From assembly GCA_017476005.1 (NCBI GenBank), contig JAFVEM010000046.1:16000-79999 (forward strand): a stretch of DNA of 64,000 nucleotides. The letters run 5' to 3'. The position numbers were made by a program, and so were the translations under genes. The first letter of the stretch is position 1, and the number at the start of each line of letters is the position of its first letter. Below are positions 26,574 through 35,871 of this stretch, piece by piece. Source of the stretch: Selenomonadaceae bacterium. GTDB taxonomy: Bacteria > Bacillota > Negativicutes > Selenomonadales > Selenomonadaceae. The notes beneath the pieces were generated by a model, which had not been told where the DNA came from, did no database searches, and saw nothing but the letters and a program-made list of their open reading frames with translations.

Positions 26574-26617
26574 GCTGTCGCACGAAGAAGAAAATTCTTC
26601 GTGTGACAGCTCTTTTC
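26574..26617 (+). terminator. intrinsic terminator of the acidic orphan gene
   Basis: GCTGTCGCACGAAGAA-gaaaa-TTCTTCGTGTGACAGC followed by TCTTTTC. The stem shares a 14-nt core with the terminator at 13296. Confidence 0.75.
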
Positions 26618-26682
26618 ATCATTTAGACAATATTCTGAACTAATAACCCAATTTGTTACGTAAAAATGAACACACTAAATAA

Positions 26683-27195
26683 TGCGAAGAAATCAAGGAT
26701 TATGTTCAGGACGAGCATCTGCGCCAAGAGATGGACAGAGTGCAAACCACAGAGAAAAATCGCAACCGTCTGGAGTGCAGGACTGCCTACAGCACCACGG
26801 GCATCGACTGGATGTCGTGCAAAAAGGACTGGGTCAATCTGAAATGCATCGGTGCGATCTGTTTGGAATCTACGAGGGCGGATGTTACGGCGTTGGAATG
26901 GCATTACTACATTTCTAGCCGTGAACTGTCGGCCAAAGGACTGCTTTGTATTACACGACTGGAGTGGTCGGTGGAGACGATGCATTGGCTTCTAGACGTG
27001 GATTATGGAGAGGACTTCTGTCGGCTGGCGTCCGAGCGTTCTCAAAAAACATTGAATATATTGCGCAAGACGGCCATCAACCTTCTGCGCAGGTACAAAG
27101 AACAAACCGGAACCAAGAAGGCGTTTACTGGTCTTATGCTGGACTGCCTGATGAATCCGCAGCACCTGCTCCCGATTCTCAGCCTAAAGACCTAG
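26683..27195 (+). pseudogene. ISAs1-family transposase, C-terminal ~170 codons only
   Basis: TTEKNRNRLECR...WHYYISSRELSAKGLL...EWSVETMHWLLDVDYGEDFCR...NILRKTAINLL matches the ISAs1 / H-repeat transposase C-terminal half. No N-terminal half is present. Confidence 0.75.
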
Positions 27196-27465
27196 ACAAA
27201 GCACAAGTAAATATACGGTTATAGATTGCCCCTTCAGTGGGGAGGGGGGCTTTTGTCCTTTTGGGAGATTTGAACACCAAAAAGATGATGTTTGCACCCA
27301 ATTTTGTTATGCCATTAGGTTAAGTTCCACGTTGTGTTTCAGAAAATTGATTTCCGTGTAATAACCCAAATTCTCATAGTAAATTTTTCGCCGACGTGGT
27401 ATGATACGGTTTATAGTTTAGCTTTTTTGTCTGTGGTATATCCGTAAAAACATAAGGAGAAACTA

Positions 27466-29847
27466 ATGTCTGCAATACATATATTGGACGGAGCCATGGG
27501 TACCATGCTCCAAGCCGGGGGACTGAAACAGGGAGCCTGCCCGGAGCTGATGAACGTGGAAAATCCCGAGGTGGTACAAAAGATCCATGCCGCGTATCTC
27601 GCGGCCGGAGCTAACATCATCGAGACTAATACCTTTGGCGCCAGTCCCTTGAAACTTTCCCATTACGGTCTGTCGGATCGCGCCGACGAACTTAACGCCG
27701 CCGCCGTGGGTATTGCTCGCAAAGCTATCGTGGCCTCCTCCTTGCCGGGAAAAATCGCCGGTTCCATGGGACCAACCGGACGTTTTGTCTATCCTTTGGG
27801 AGATTTGGATTTTGAGGTGGCCTATCAAAATTTTCGCCGTCAGGCCAGAGCGCTCGCTGAAGCCGGCGCCGATTATCTCATCATCGAAACCTGCATCGAC
27901 TTGCAGGAAATGCGCGCGGCGCTCCTAGCGGCTAAGGATGTTTGCGACCTGCCGATTATCTGTCAACTTTCCTACAGCGAAGACGGCCGCACGGTAACGG
28001 GAACGGATCCGCTTTCCGCCGCCGTGACCCTTGCCGCCATGGGAGCGGACATCATCGGGGCGAATTGTTCCCTAGGGCCTAAGCAACTACTCCCCATTGT
28101 GGAAGAGCTTTTTGCCGCCACCAATAAGCCCGTCAGCGTCCTGCCTAACGCCGGAATGCCCTTTTTGGAACGAGGCGTTACTAAGTTTCCCATGCAGCCG
28201 GAGGAATTTGGGACGTGGGGGAGAAAATTGGCCGAGGCCGGAGCCAGTTTCATCGGCGGTTGTTGCGGCACCACGCCGGCGCATATTAAGTGTCTGGCGG
28301 ATGCTCTCCAAGGAGTAACCTTGCCGACGGCGAAAGCGAAAAAATCCCTTGTCTTAACCAGTCGTAGCAGCCATATTGTCATCGATAAGACCCTTCCTCC
28401 CAGACTTATCGGCGAACGCATTAACCCCACGGGACGCAAACAAATGGCCGCCGAAATCAAAAATGGCTCCCTGTTGGCCGTCAAAAAAGAGGCCTTGGGA
28501 CAAGCCAAGGCCGGAGCGCACATTTTGGATGTGAACATGGGAGTACCCGGCATCGATCAGGCCAAAGCCATGCAGGAGGCGGTGACCCAAATCGCCCAAA
28601 TCTCCCCTTTACCCCTCGTCATCGATACCGGCGACCCGGCGGCTTTAGAGGCCGGACTCCGAGCTTATCCCGGCCGCGCTCTCGTTAATTCCGTGACGGC
28701 GGAAAAGGAGCGGCTAAAAACCTTCCTGCCGCTGGCCAAAAAATACGGCGCCGCCGTTCTCTGCTTGCCCATCACCGACGAAGGAGTGCCTAAAACAGCC
28801 CAAGACCGGGTAAAGGTTATGGGTGCCATCATTGAGGCCGCCAAAGAAGCTGGGCTGACGGATGGTGATTTTTTGCTGGATGCCTTGGTGATGACAGTTT
28901 CTGCCGAACCCCGAGCGGCGCTTGAGGTGCTGGAAACCTTGCGACTCTACCGAGAGGAATTTGGCTACCCTACCACCATGGGACTTAGCAATATTTCCTT
29001 TGGACTCCCCAATCGTCCCCTCATTAACAGCGTTTTCTTTGCCCAGTGTCTCACCGCCGGGCTGGATGCCCCCATTATGAATCCCTACGACGAGGCCATG
29101 CAAAACACCTTGGCGGCAAGCCTCGCTCTCTTAGGTCACGACCCCGGAGGGCTTAGTTACAGTCAGCAGGCCGTGCAGGAAAAAATTCCTCCCGCTGCCG
29201 CCGCTTTGGCGCATCGTCAGCTTGCCCCTTTGGCCGCCGTAAAATCGGCAATAAAGGAAGGGGCAAAGGATGAAGTGGCGGATTTGGTGGAAAAAGCCAT
29301 CGCCGCCGGACACTCCGGAAATGAAATAACCGAGAAGGCTCTCACCGCCGCCATGAATGAATTGGGGGTAGCCTTCGGCGCCGGAAAAATCTTCTTGCCG
29401 CAGGTACTCCTTTCCGCCGAAACCATGCGAGCGGCCTTTGACAAAATAAAAAGCCTCCTGCCCACCGAAGAGCAGGAGAAACTTGGTACCGTCGTTATGG
29501 CTACCGTTAAGGGCGACGTTCACGATTTAGGGAAAAACATCACCGGGGCGCTACTCTCTAACAGCGGTTTTCAACTGATTGACCTAGGCAAAGACGTGGA
29601 GTCGGCGGCTATCGTCAAGGCAGCCTTAGAAAACAAAGCGGACATCGTGGGGCTGTGCGCCCTGATGACCACCACCATGCCGGAAATTGACAAGGTAATC
29701 GTCGATTTGCGTAGCGCCGGTAGCCGAGCTAAGGTCATGGTAGGGGGCGCCGCCCTCACCCAAGAGTATGCCGACTCCGCCGGAGCCGATGCCTACGCTA
29801 AAGATGCGGTTAAAGCCGTGGAGCTGGCTAAGCAGTTAGTAGATTAA
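27466..29847 (+). CDS. metH: cobalamin-dependent methionine synthase, short form (Hcy-, pterin- and B12-binding modules, no AdoMet reactivation domain)
   Basis: Hcy-binding GGCCGTTPAHI, pterin-binding domain, and the B12 motif VKGDVHDLGKNI; 793 aa. Confidence 0.9.
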   Translation: MSAIHILDGAMGTMLQAGGLKQGACPELMNVENPEVVQKIHAAYLAAGANIIETNTFGASPLKLSHYGLSDRADELNAAAVGIARKAIVASSLPGKIAGSMGPTGRFVYPLGDLDFEVAYQNFRRQARALAEAGADYLIIETCIDLQEMRAALLAAKDVCDLPIICQLSYSEDGRTVTGTDPLSAAVTLAAMGADIIGANCSLGPKQLLPIVEELFAATNKPVSVLPNAGMPFLERGVTKFPMQPEEFGTWGRKLAEAGASFIGGCCGTTPAHIKCLADALQGVTLPTAKAKKSLVLTSRSSHIVIDKTLPPRLIGERINPTGRKQMAAEIKNGSLLAVKKEALGQAKAGAHILDVNMGVPGIDQAKAMQEAVTQIAQISPLPLVIDTGDPAALEAGLRAYPGRALVNSVTAEKERLKTFLPLAKKYGAAVLCLPITDEGVPKTAQDRVKVMGAIIEAAKEAGLTDGDFLLDALVMTVSAEPRAALEVLETLRLYREEFGYPTTMGLSNISFGLPNRPLINSVFFAQCLTAGLDAPIMNPYDEAMQNTLAASLALLGHDPGGLSYSQQAVQEKIPPAAAALAHRQLAPLAAVKSAIKEGAKDEVADLVEKAIAAGHSGNEITEKALTAAMNELGVAFGAGKIFLPQVLLSAETMRAAFDKIKSLLPTEEQEKLGTVVMATVKGDVHDLGKNITGALLSNSGFQLIDLGKDVESAAIVKAALENKADIVGLCALMTTTMPEIDKVIVDLRSAGSRAKVMVGGAALTQEYADSAGADAYAKDAVKAVELAKQLVD

Positions 29848-29860
29848 ATTTTTAACAGAA

Positions 29861-29950
29861 TTATTATGGGGTGCAGGGGCTTTAAGTCCCTGATGGGAGT
29901 CCAGAGGGCAAAGCCCTTTGGTGAGGTTTGGGGCAAAGCCCCAATAAAAA
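29861..29950. repeat. half-copy (right arm) of the stacked-hairpin repeat (copy C)
   Basis: GGGGTGCAGGGGctttaagTCCCTG / CCAGAGGGCaaaGCCCTTTGG / TTGGGGCaaaGCCCCAA, collinear with modules 3-5 of copy A. Confidence 0.8.
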
Positions 29951-29966
29951 TGAGAGAGGGAGAAAA

Positions 29967-31379
29967 ATGTTGAAGAAAACCAAGATTATTTGCACCCAAG
30001 GACCGGCCACCGATAAGCCGGAGGTGTTGGATGCGCTGATTATGAGTGGGATGGATTGCGCTCGCTTTAATTTTTCCCACGGTAGCCACGAGGAACATCT
30101 GCGCCGTATTAACAATGTACGGGAAGCCGCCCAAAAGTATGGACGGGTTATTTCCCTCATTCTCGATACCAAAGGGCCGGAGATGCGGCTGGGGGAATTT
30201 AAGGACGGCAAGGTCATGCTGGAAAAGGGGAGCAAATTCACCTTGACCTATGAGGACACTCCCGGCGACGAAACCCATGTTTCCATCAATCACAAGAAAC
30301 TTTACACGGAGGTCAAACCCGGCGATACCCTGCTCCTTTCCGACGGCCTAGTGGCGCTGAAGGTGGAGGCCATTAAGGGCAAGGATATTGAAACCACCAT
30401 TTTAAACAGCGGCTCCATGAGTACCAAAAAACGAGTGGCGGCTCCCGGCGTGACCTTAGGACTGCCGCCTGTTTCCGAGCAGGACAGACGGGATATTATC
30501 TTTGGTTGCGAACAGGACATGGATTTCGTGGCGGCTTCCTTTATTCAGCGGCCGGAAGATGTGCTGGCCATCCGAAAACTGATTGAAGAACACCATGGAC
30601 ACATGGAAATCATTCCCAAAATCGAAAATTTGGCCGGGGTCAAGAATTTTGATAAGATATTAGAAGTCTCCGACGGCATTATGGTAGCCAGAGGCGATTT
30701 GGGCTTGGAAGTACCGGCGGAGGACGTTCCCCTCATTCAAAAGGAAATCATCAGGAAGTGCAACAAAGCCGGCAAGCCTGTCATCGTAGCCACGCAGATG
30801 CTGGAGAGCATGACGGAGAATCCTCGCCCCACACGCGCCGAGGTGTCCGACGTGGGCAACGCTATTTTAGACGGCACCGACGCCATTATGCTTTCGGGAG
30901 AAACCGCTAGCGGCAAGTATCCGGCGGAGGCGGTGGCCACCATGAACCGCATCGCCCTGCGGATTGAGGAATCCCTAGAGTACCGCCATATGTTCATGGA
31001 GCAGGGCATGGAGCATCTGAAATCTAGGACTCGCGCCGTCGCCCATGCCACGGTGCAAATGGCCTACGAAATGGATGCCGCCGCCATTATTACCCCCACC
31101 GAATCCGGCTATACCACGGAAGTGGTGTCTAAGTACCGCCCCAAGGCCGCCATTATCGCCTACACCCCCGATGCCCGAGCCGTGCGACACTTAAATCTCC
31201 GCTGGGGCGTTCATCCCATGCTGGGGCAACCTTGGTCGGATGAAAACGACATGGTTAGCGCCGCCACCGCCGTAGCCGTATCCCACGGTTACGTCAAACC
31301 CGGCGACTGCACCATCATCACCTCGGGCATTAAAACCGGCGATGGCAATACCAACGCCATTCGCGTCTATACCATTTAA
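29967..31379 (+). CDS. pyk: pyruvate kinase
   Basis: MLKKTKIICTQGPAT, MVARGDLG and IVATQMLESM. ATG 29967 follows GAGGGAG, so the track start at 29928 lies inside the repeat. Confidence 0.95.
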   Translation: MLKKTKIICTQGPATDKPEVLDALIMSGMDCARFNFSHGSHEEHLRRINNVREAAQKYGRVISLILDTKGPEMRLGEFKDGKVMLEKGSKFTLTYEDTPGDETHVSINHKKLYTEVKPGDTLLLSDGLVALKVEAIKGKDIETTILNSGSMSTKKRVAAPGVTLGLPPVSEQDRRDIIFGCEQDMDFVAASFIQRPEDVLAIRKLIEEHHGHMEIIPKIENLAGVKNFDKILEVSDGIMVARGDLGLEVPAEDVPLIQKEIIRKCNKAGKPVIVATQMLESMTENPRPTRAEVSDVGNAILDGTDAIMLSGETASGKYPAEAVATMNRIALRIEESLEYRHMFMEQGMEHLKSRTRAVAHATVQMAYEMDAAAIITPTESGYTTEVVSKYRPKAAIIAYTPDARAVRHLNLRWGVHPMLGQPWSDENDMVSAATAVAVSHGYVKPGDCTIITSGIKTGDGNTNAIRVYTI

Positions 31380-31382
31380 AAT

Positions 31383-32492
31383 TTAAATTACAATACTCTT
31401 TAAAATAACCTTCACAATATCCTCGGCGGCTCTGGGTCTTGCGACCTTTTGAGCCGCCTTTTTCATTTGCCGAAGACGGGACGCATCTTTTAGTAAGGCG
31501 GCCAGCTCCGCCGTTAAATTTTCTCGTTTTTTCAGCCACAGGGCGGCGCCGCAAGCCACGGCGTAGTTGGCATTTTCCGTCTCCGGGCCGGGAATCGGCT
31601 CGTGCAACACTAAGGGCAACCCCCAAGCGAAAGCCTCGCTGACCGTAAGGGCGCCGGGCTTGGTGATGATAAGGTCGGCGGCTTGCATGAGCAAAGAAAC
31701 GCGGTTTGTATAGCCCCACACTAAAATTTGTTTTTGACTGCGAGCGGCCATTTGATTCAGCCGTTCCTGCAATTCGTCGTTGCGTCCCGCCACCGCCAAA
31801 ATCGTCAGGGGTAAATCAAGCGCTATAAGCTCGTCCATGGTTTCTTCCATGCCGCCAAGCCCCAAGCCGCCTCCCATGAGCAGAATCACCTGATTGGCTG
31901 AGGGGATGTTAAGTCGCTCCCGGATTTTTTCTTTGGGCAAGGGATGGGCAAAAACCTTGGTTTTCAAGGGTATGCCTAGGGCGTGAGCGCGAAACCCTTG
32001 CTCGTTTAATTCTGCGGTCATGGAGGCTGTGGCGGTGAAATAAATATCCACTTGGGGGTAAAGCCAGATTTGGTGCAAAGAATAATCCGTGAGTACCGCC
32101 GTAAGCAGAAACTTACCGCCGCGACGTTTGGCGATGGCCGCCGCCCCCTCGGGAAAGGGATGAGTGCAGATAACCGCATCCGGCGTATAGCGGCGCAGGA
32201 TGCGTTGCATGGTGCCGTACATCAGCAGGGCAAAGAGTTGTCGCGATAAATATCCCCCGGAACTGCCTCCGGCCAAGTGAAAGAAACGGTCGTAAATATT
32301 GGGTACCAAACCAAGCATAATAAGATACAGCCGTTTCAGCAACCAGTTGAATTTGGATACGCGCCGTTCCATGAAATCCACACGGGTTGCTTCCACCTCC
32401 GGCAGGGAGGCCAGTTCTTCTTCCAAGGCTTCGGCGGCCTTGATATGGCCGGAACCGATGGAAGCCGTCATGATTAAAATCTTTTTTTTCAT
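31383..32492 (-). CDS. GT28-family glycosyltransferase (MGDG-synthase / diacylglycerol glycosyltransferase-like)
   Basis: [24 protein letters not shown]-terminus with a C-terminal GT-B fold. ATGA start/stop overlap with the upstream SDR gene. Confidence 0.75.
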   Translation of the reverse strand: MKKKILIMTASIGSGHIKAAEALEEELASLPEVEATRVDFMERRVSKFNWLLKRLYLIMLGLVPNIYDRFFHLAGGSSGGYLSRQLFALLMYGTMQRILRRYTPDAVICTHPFPEGAAAIAKRRGGKFLLTAVLTDYSLHQIWLYPQVDIYFTATASMTAELNEQGFRAHALGIPLKTKVFAHPLPKEKIRERLNIPSANQVILLMGGGLGLGGMEETMDELIALDLPLTILAVAGRNDELQERLNQMAARSQKQILVWGYTNRVSLLMQAADLIITKPGALTVSEAFAWGLPLVLHEPIPGPETENANYAVACGAALWLKKRENLTAELAALLKDASRLRQMKKAAQKVARPRAAEDIVKVILKSIVI

Positions 32493-33241
32493 GCCGTCAA
32501 CCCACCGTCCACGCTCCATACCGCTCCGGTCACAAAGGAGGCTTTGGCCGAAAGAAGAAAGGCGATCGCCTCCGCCACTTCCTCCGGCCGACCGATACGC
32601 CCCATAGGGTACAGACTCTCCATGGTAGAGAGAGCCGCCGGATCCTTACCCTGCCTGAGTTGCGCCTCCGTCATGGGGGTCATGATATCCCCGGGGCAAA
32701 GGCAGTTTACGCGCACCCCAAAACGCGCCGTCTCCAGCGCCAAAGCCCGAGTAAACATCACCACTGCTCCTTTGGCGGCGCAGTAGGCAGTGCAAAAATA
32801 ATTGCCGTGCAGTCCGGCGTCCGAGGCAATGTTCACGATACTGCCCTTTCCCGTTTCCTTGAGGAGGGGCATAGCCTCCCGGCACATGAAGTAGGTACCC
32901 TTCAGGTTGACGGCCATAACGCGCTCAAAATCCTCCTCAGAGGTGTCCTCGATGGCGCCTTCGTAATAAACCCCGGCCGAATTCACCAAGGCATCCACTC
33001 CACCCATGAGGTGACGCGCCTCGAAAATCACCTTTTGGCAATCCTCCGACTGGCTCACGTCTGCCGCCGCAAAGAATACCCTGTCGCTTGCCGCGGAAGG
33101 AAATTCCCGTAGGGCGCTCTCGGCTTTGGCAAAGGAGCGTCCCACGAGGAGTACCGTTGCCCCTTGCCGGGATAGGAGTTTGGCGGTGGCCAGTCCTATC
33201 CCGGAAGTGCCGCCGGTCATAATTACGCGCTTGTTTTCCAT
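32489..33241 (-). CDS. SDR-family oxidoreductase
   Basis: [10 protein letters not shown] cofactor motif and the YCAAK catalytic motif. ATG 33241 ([11 protein letters not shown]) is preferred. Confidence 0.85.
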   Translation of the reverse strand: MENKRVIMTGGTSGIGLATAKLLSRQGATVLLVGRSFAKAESALREFPSAASDRVFFAAADVSQSEDCQKVIFEARHLMGGVDALVNSAGVYYEGAIEDTSEEDFERVMAVNLKGTYFMCREAMPLLKETGKGSIVNIASDAGLHGNYFCTAYCAAKGAVVMFTRALALETARFGVRVNCLCPGDIMTPMTEAQLRQGKDPAALSTMESLYPMGRIGRPEEVAEAIAFLLSAKASFVTGAVWSVDGGLTA

Positions 33242-33290
33242 GCTTATCTCCACAATGCAAAAACCCGGGCTAACCAAGCCCGGGAAAAAA

Positions 33291-33569
33291 TTACTTACGG
33301 TTGACCGCGTCTTTCAGGAGTTTGCCGGGGCGGAAAGCCGGATTTTTACGCGCCGGCAAGTCTATCGGTTCGCCGGTAACGGGCATACGCCCTTTTCGCG
33401 CCGCAATATCTCGCACCTCAAAGGTGCCGAAACCGATGAGTTGAATTTTCTCGCCGACGGCGAGGGTTTCCTCGATAACGGTGAAAAGCCCCTTTACCGC
33501 ACTGGCCGCCTCTTTCTTGTCCAGACCCGATTTTTCCGCCACGCTGGCCACCAAATCCGTTTTCGTCAT
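33291..33569 (-). CDS. hup: HU-family DNA-binding protein
   Basis: [21 protein letters not shown]...GFGTFEVR...[11 protein letters not shown]...PAFRPGK; 92 aa. Confidence 0.95.
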   Translation of the reverse strand: MTKTDLVASVAEKSGLDKKEAASAVKGLFTVIEETLAVGEKIQLIGFGTFEVRDIAARKGRMPVTGEPIDLPARKNPAFRPGKLLKDAVNRK

Positions 33570-33659
33570 CCGTACACATCCTCCTAATCATTACTACAGT
33601 GAAGAATGTAGCAGAAAACAAACCAAAAAGCAAGCCGAAATTTGCGTCAGCCCCTGCAT

Positions 33660-34751
33660 TTAGCCGTTTTTCCGGCAAAAATCCCCCATGAAATCAGCTA
33701 AGGCCGCGCAACCTTCGTAGGGCATGGCGTTATAGATGGAGGCGCGCATCCCCCCGACGGAGCGATGCCCCTTCACGCCGCAGAGCTTTTGCGCCTTGGC
33801 TTCGGCGACAAATTTTTTCTCCAGTTCCTCGCTGGGCAGACGGAAGGTCACGTTCATGTAAGAACGGCTATCCGGGTCGGCATGACCGCGATAAAAACCG
33901 CCGGAAGCATCTATCACGTCATAAATGAGCTTGGCCTTCTTTTGATTGCGCTCGGCCATGGCACTTAGCCCTCCCTGCTTTTTCAGCCAGGCGGCGGTCT
34001 TGCCTACCATGTAAATGCAGAAGGCCGGCGGCGTGTTGTACAGGGAGTTCTTTCTGTAAAAAGTGTCGTAGCGAAGCATGGTGGGGAGTGTCTTGGGGCT
34101 GTTTTCCAGCAAGGATTTTTTGGCAATGACCAGCACTACCCCCGCCGGGCCAAGGTTTTTTTGCACCCCGGCGTAAATGAAGTCGAATTTCTTAAAATCA
34201 AGAGGACGGGAGAGAATATCGGAGGACATATCGGCAAAGAGGGGTACGCCCTTGGTGTCCGGGATATAGTGGAACTCGGTGCCGTAGATGGTGTTGTTGT
34301 AGCAAAGATGGACATAGGCGGCCTGAGGATTTATCTTCAGTTCCTCTTGGGTGGGAATGTGCTTAAAATTAACTTCTTTGCTAGAGGCCGCAACCTCCCC
34401 CACGCCCAAAATAGCGGCTTCTTCGTAGGCTTTAGTGGCAAAACTACCGGAGAGGACGTAGCTGCCGGGATGCTCCTTGGTGGCAAAATTCATAGGGAGC
34501 ATGGCGAACTGCAAGCTGGCGCCCCCCTGAATAAACAGGACTTCGTAGTCGTCTTCCAGCCCCATGAGTTCCTTGATGTCGGCTTTGGCCTTATTATGCA
34601 CCTCGTCATATTCGGGGGCGCGGTGGCTGATTTCCAAGATAGACATACCGCTAGCGTTAAAATTCAAGAACTCCTCCTGCGCCTCACGCAAAACCTCAAG
34701 GGGCAAGGTGGAAGGCCCCGGATTAAAATTATACACGCGCTCTGCTTCCAA
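33660..34751 (-). CDS. serC: 3-phosphoserine aminotransferase
   Basis: YNFNPGPSTLP, FIQGGASLQF and YAGVQKNLGPAG (PLP lysine); 363 aa. Confidence 0.9.
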   Translation of the reverse strand: MEAERVYNFNPGPSTLPLEVLREAQEEFLNFNASGMSILEISHRAPEYDEVHNKAKADIKELMGLEDDYEVLFIQGGASLQFAMLPMNFATKEHPGSYVLSGSFATKAYEEAAILGVGEVAASSKEVNFKHIPTQEELKINPQAAYVHLCYNNTIYGTEFHYIPDTKGVPLFADMSSDILSRPLDFKKFDFIYAGVQKNLGPAGVVLVIAKKSLLENSPKTLPTMLRYDTFYRKNSLYNTPPAFCIYMVGKTAAWLKKQGGLSAMAERNQKKAKLIYDVIDASGGFYRGHADPDSRSYMNVTFRLPSEELEKKFVAEAKAQKLCGVKGHRSVGGMRASIYNAMPYEGCAALADFMGDFCRKNG

Positions 34752-34862
34752 AGAAAAAACCTCCTGTCAAGTAAAAAAAATGTACGCACCTATTATAACC
34801 GCAAAGAATGGTTTTGGCCAGCGTATTATACTCGGAAAAAGCGCTATATTTAACCACTATAT

Positions 34863-34891
34863 TTGACACCATAGCGGCGGCTGTGTACAAT
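34863..34891 (+). promoter_or_regulatory. sigma-70 promoter TTGACA-17-TACAAT
   Basis: I counted exact spacing. 47 nt upstream of the DUF4870 gene start. Confidence 0.5.
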
Positions 34892-34938
34892 ATCGTGACG
34901 TTGGAATTATATTTTGGTTTGAGAAAGAAGGACACTTT

Positions 34939-35283
34939 ATGTTAATCACCGGTAAACAAAAAGCCTTGGCGCTGGCCGCCCATATTAGCTACCTGTTCTT
35001 TGGCGTAGGCTATATATTAGTGCCGCTGGCTATTTACCTCATTTACGACGGCAAGGATCACTTCGTGGCGCTCCACGCTAAACAAGCGCTTGTCGCGCAG
35101 GCCCTTTTGGGTATAATGGGCGCAGTGGTAGCGGGGCTCACCTTGGTATTGGTGGGATTCCTTCTGTGGCCGATTATGGCTTTGCTGGGGCTTGTGTGGT
35201 TTATCGCCTCTCTATACGATTGTTTCAAGGTAATAAACGGCGAGGATTACCGCTATCCGCTGTTGGGGAGGGTGGGCGCCTAA
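34939..35283 (+). CDS. DUF4870-family small membrane protein
   Basis: 114 aa, 3-4 TM segments, with the HAKQALVAQ block. Confidence 0.65.
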   Translation: MLITGKQKALALAAHISYLFFGVGYILVPLAIYLIYDGKDHFVALHAKQALVAQALLGIMGAVVAGLTLVLVGFLLWPIMALLGLVWFIASLYDCFKVINGEDYRYPLLGRVGA

Positions 35284-35289
35284 AAGGTA

Positions 35290-35720
35290 ACGCTAAGAAC
35301 CTGTTTTCACAAGAAGATTCATGGTATCCTACAGACATGAAAACGAATGAAACAAAGCGTCAGTCGTATCCGACCGACTTGAAAGTGATGATGTGGAACT
35401 TTACTTTAAAGATTGCCCTGACAACACCAAAGTAGATCAATTCTCAACTACCGAAAAAAATGGGGGAAGAGTAGAGAAGCGCATCTGCAAGAAGGTGGAT
35501 GATGCACGTTGGCTACAGGAACGGCATGACTGGCCGGGACTGCGTAGCTTTTTCAGCATTGAACGGATTGTGACCGCAGGCGGCAAAACGACGATATGTC
35601 TCACAATCGAAGAAATGTAGCGTCAAACGGCATTTGTTGGATTGCCTGCTCAGTGATACGCGCTTGTTGAAATTGATTGCGTTTATCAAAATATAGTGAC
35701 TATTTTATGAAACGAAAGTG
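35290..35720 (+). pseudogene. decayed ISAs1-family transposase remnant with an internal deletion and frameshifts
   Basis: STTEKNGGRVEKR...WLQERHDWPGLRSFFSIERI is followed, out of frame, by the tail LDCLLSDTRLLKLIAFIKI-stop. The 3' 84 nt are repeated at 21531. Confidence 0.7.
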
Positions 35721-35800
35721 GGGTTATTATTCATGAGCGCATTGTACTCCCTCCGCTCTACGGGTACCTCCCTCCAAGAGGGAGGCTTAAGGGAAACGTG

Positions 35801-35829
35801 TTGCAGTTACCCCTAGGTCGCGTTATAAT
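35801..35829 (+). promoter_or_regulatory. sigma-70 promoter TTGCAG-17-TATAAT upstream of polC
   Basis: I counted exact spacing. The -10 element ends 42 nt before ATG 35872. Confidence 0.5.
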
Positions 35830-35871
35830 GGCGAGAGTTTTTGTTAGCAAGCGTGAAAGGATTGGCCTGTG

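Noticed and set aside
27230-27465. Riboswitch (SAM or cobalamin) upstream of metH
   Set aside because: I could not find the conserved cores (SAM-I junction/kink-turn sequences or the B12 box). The region is mostly AT-rich IS-flank sequence with only an extended -10-like TGgTATGAT at 27397-27405. A covariance-model scan would be needed to exclude one fully.
31377-31385. Convergent pyk and GT28 stop codons only 3 nt apart with no terminator between them
   Set aside because: This is real but probably trivial: convergent transcription ending inside the opposing gene. I see no structure to interpret.
35166-35435. 89-aa ORF bridging the DUF4870 gene end and the IS remnant
   Set aside because: It overlaps the better-supported DUF4870 gene in another frame, and it runs into decayed transposase sequence.
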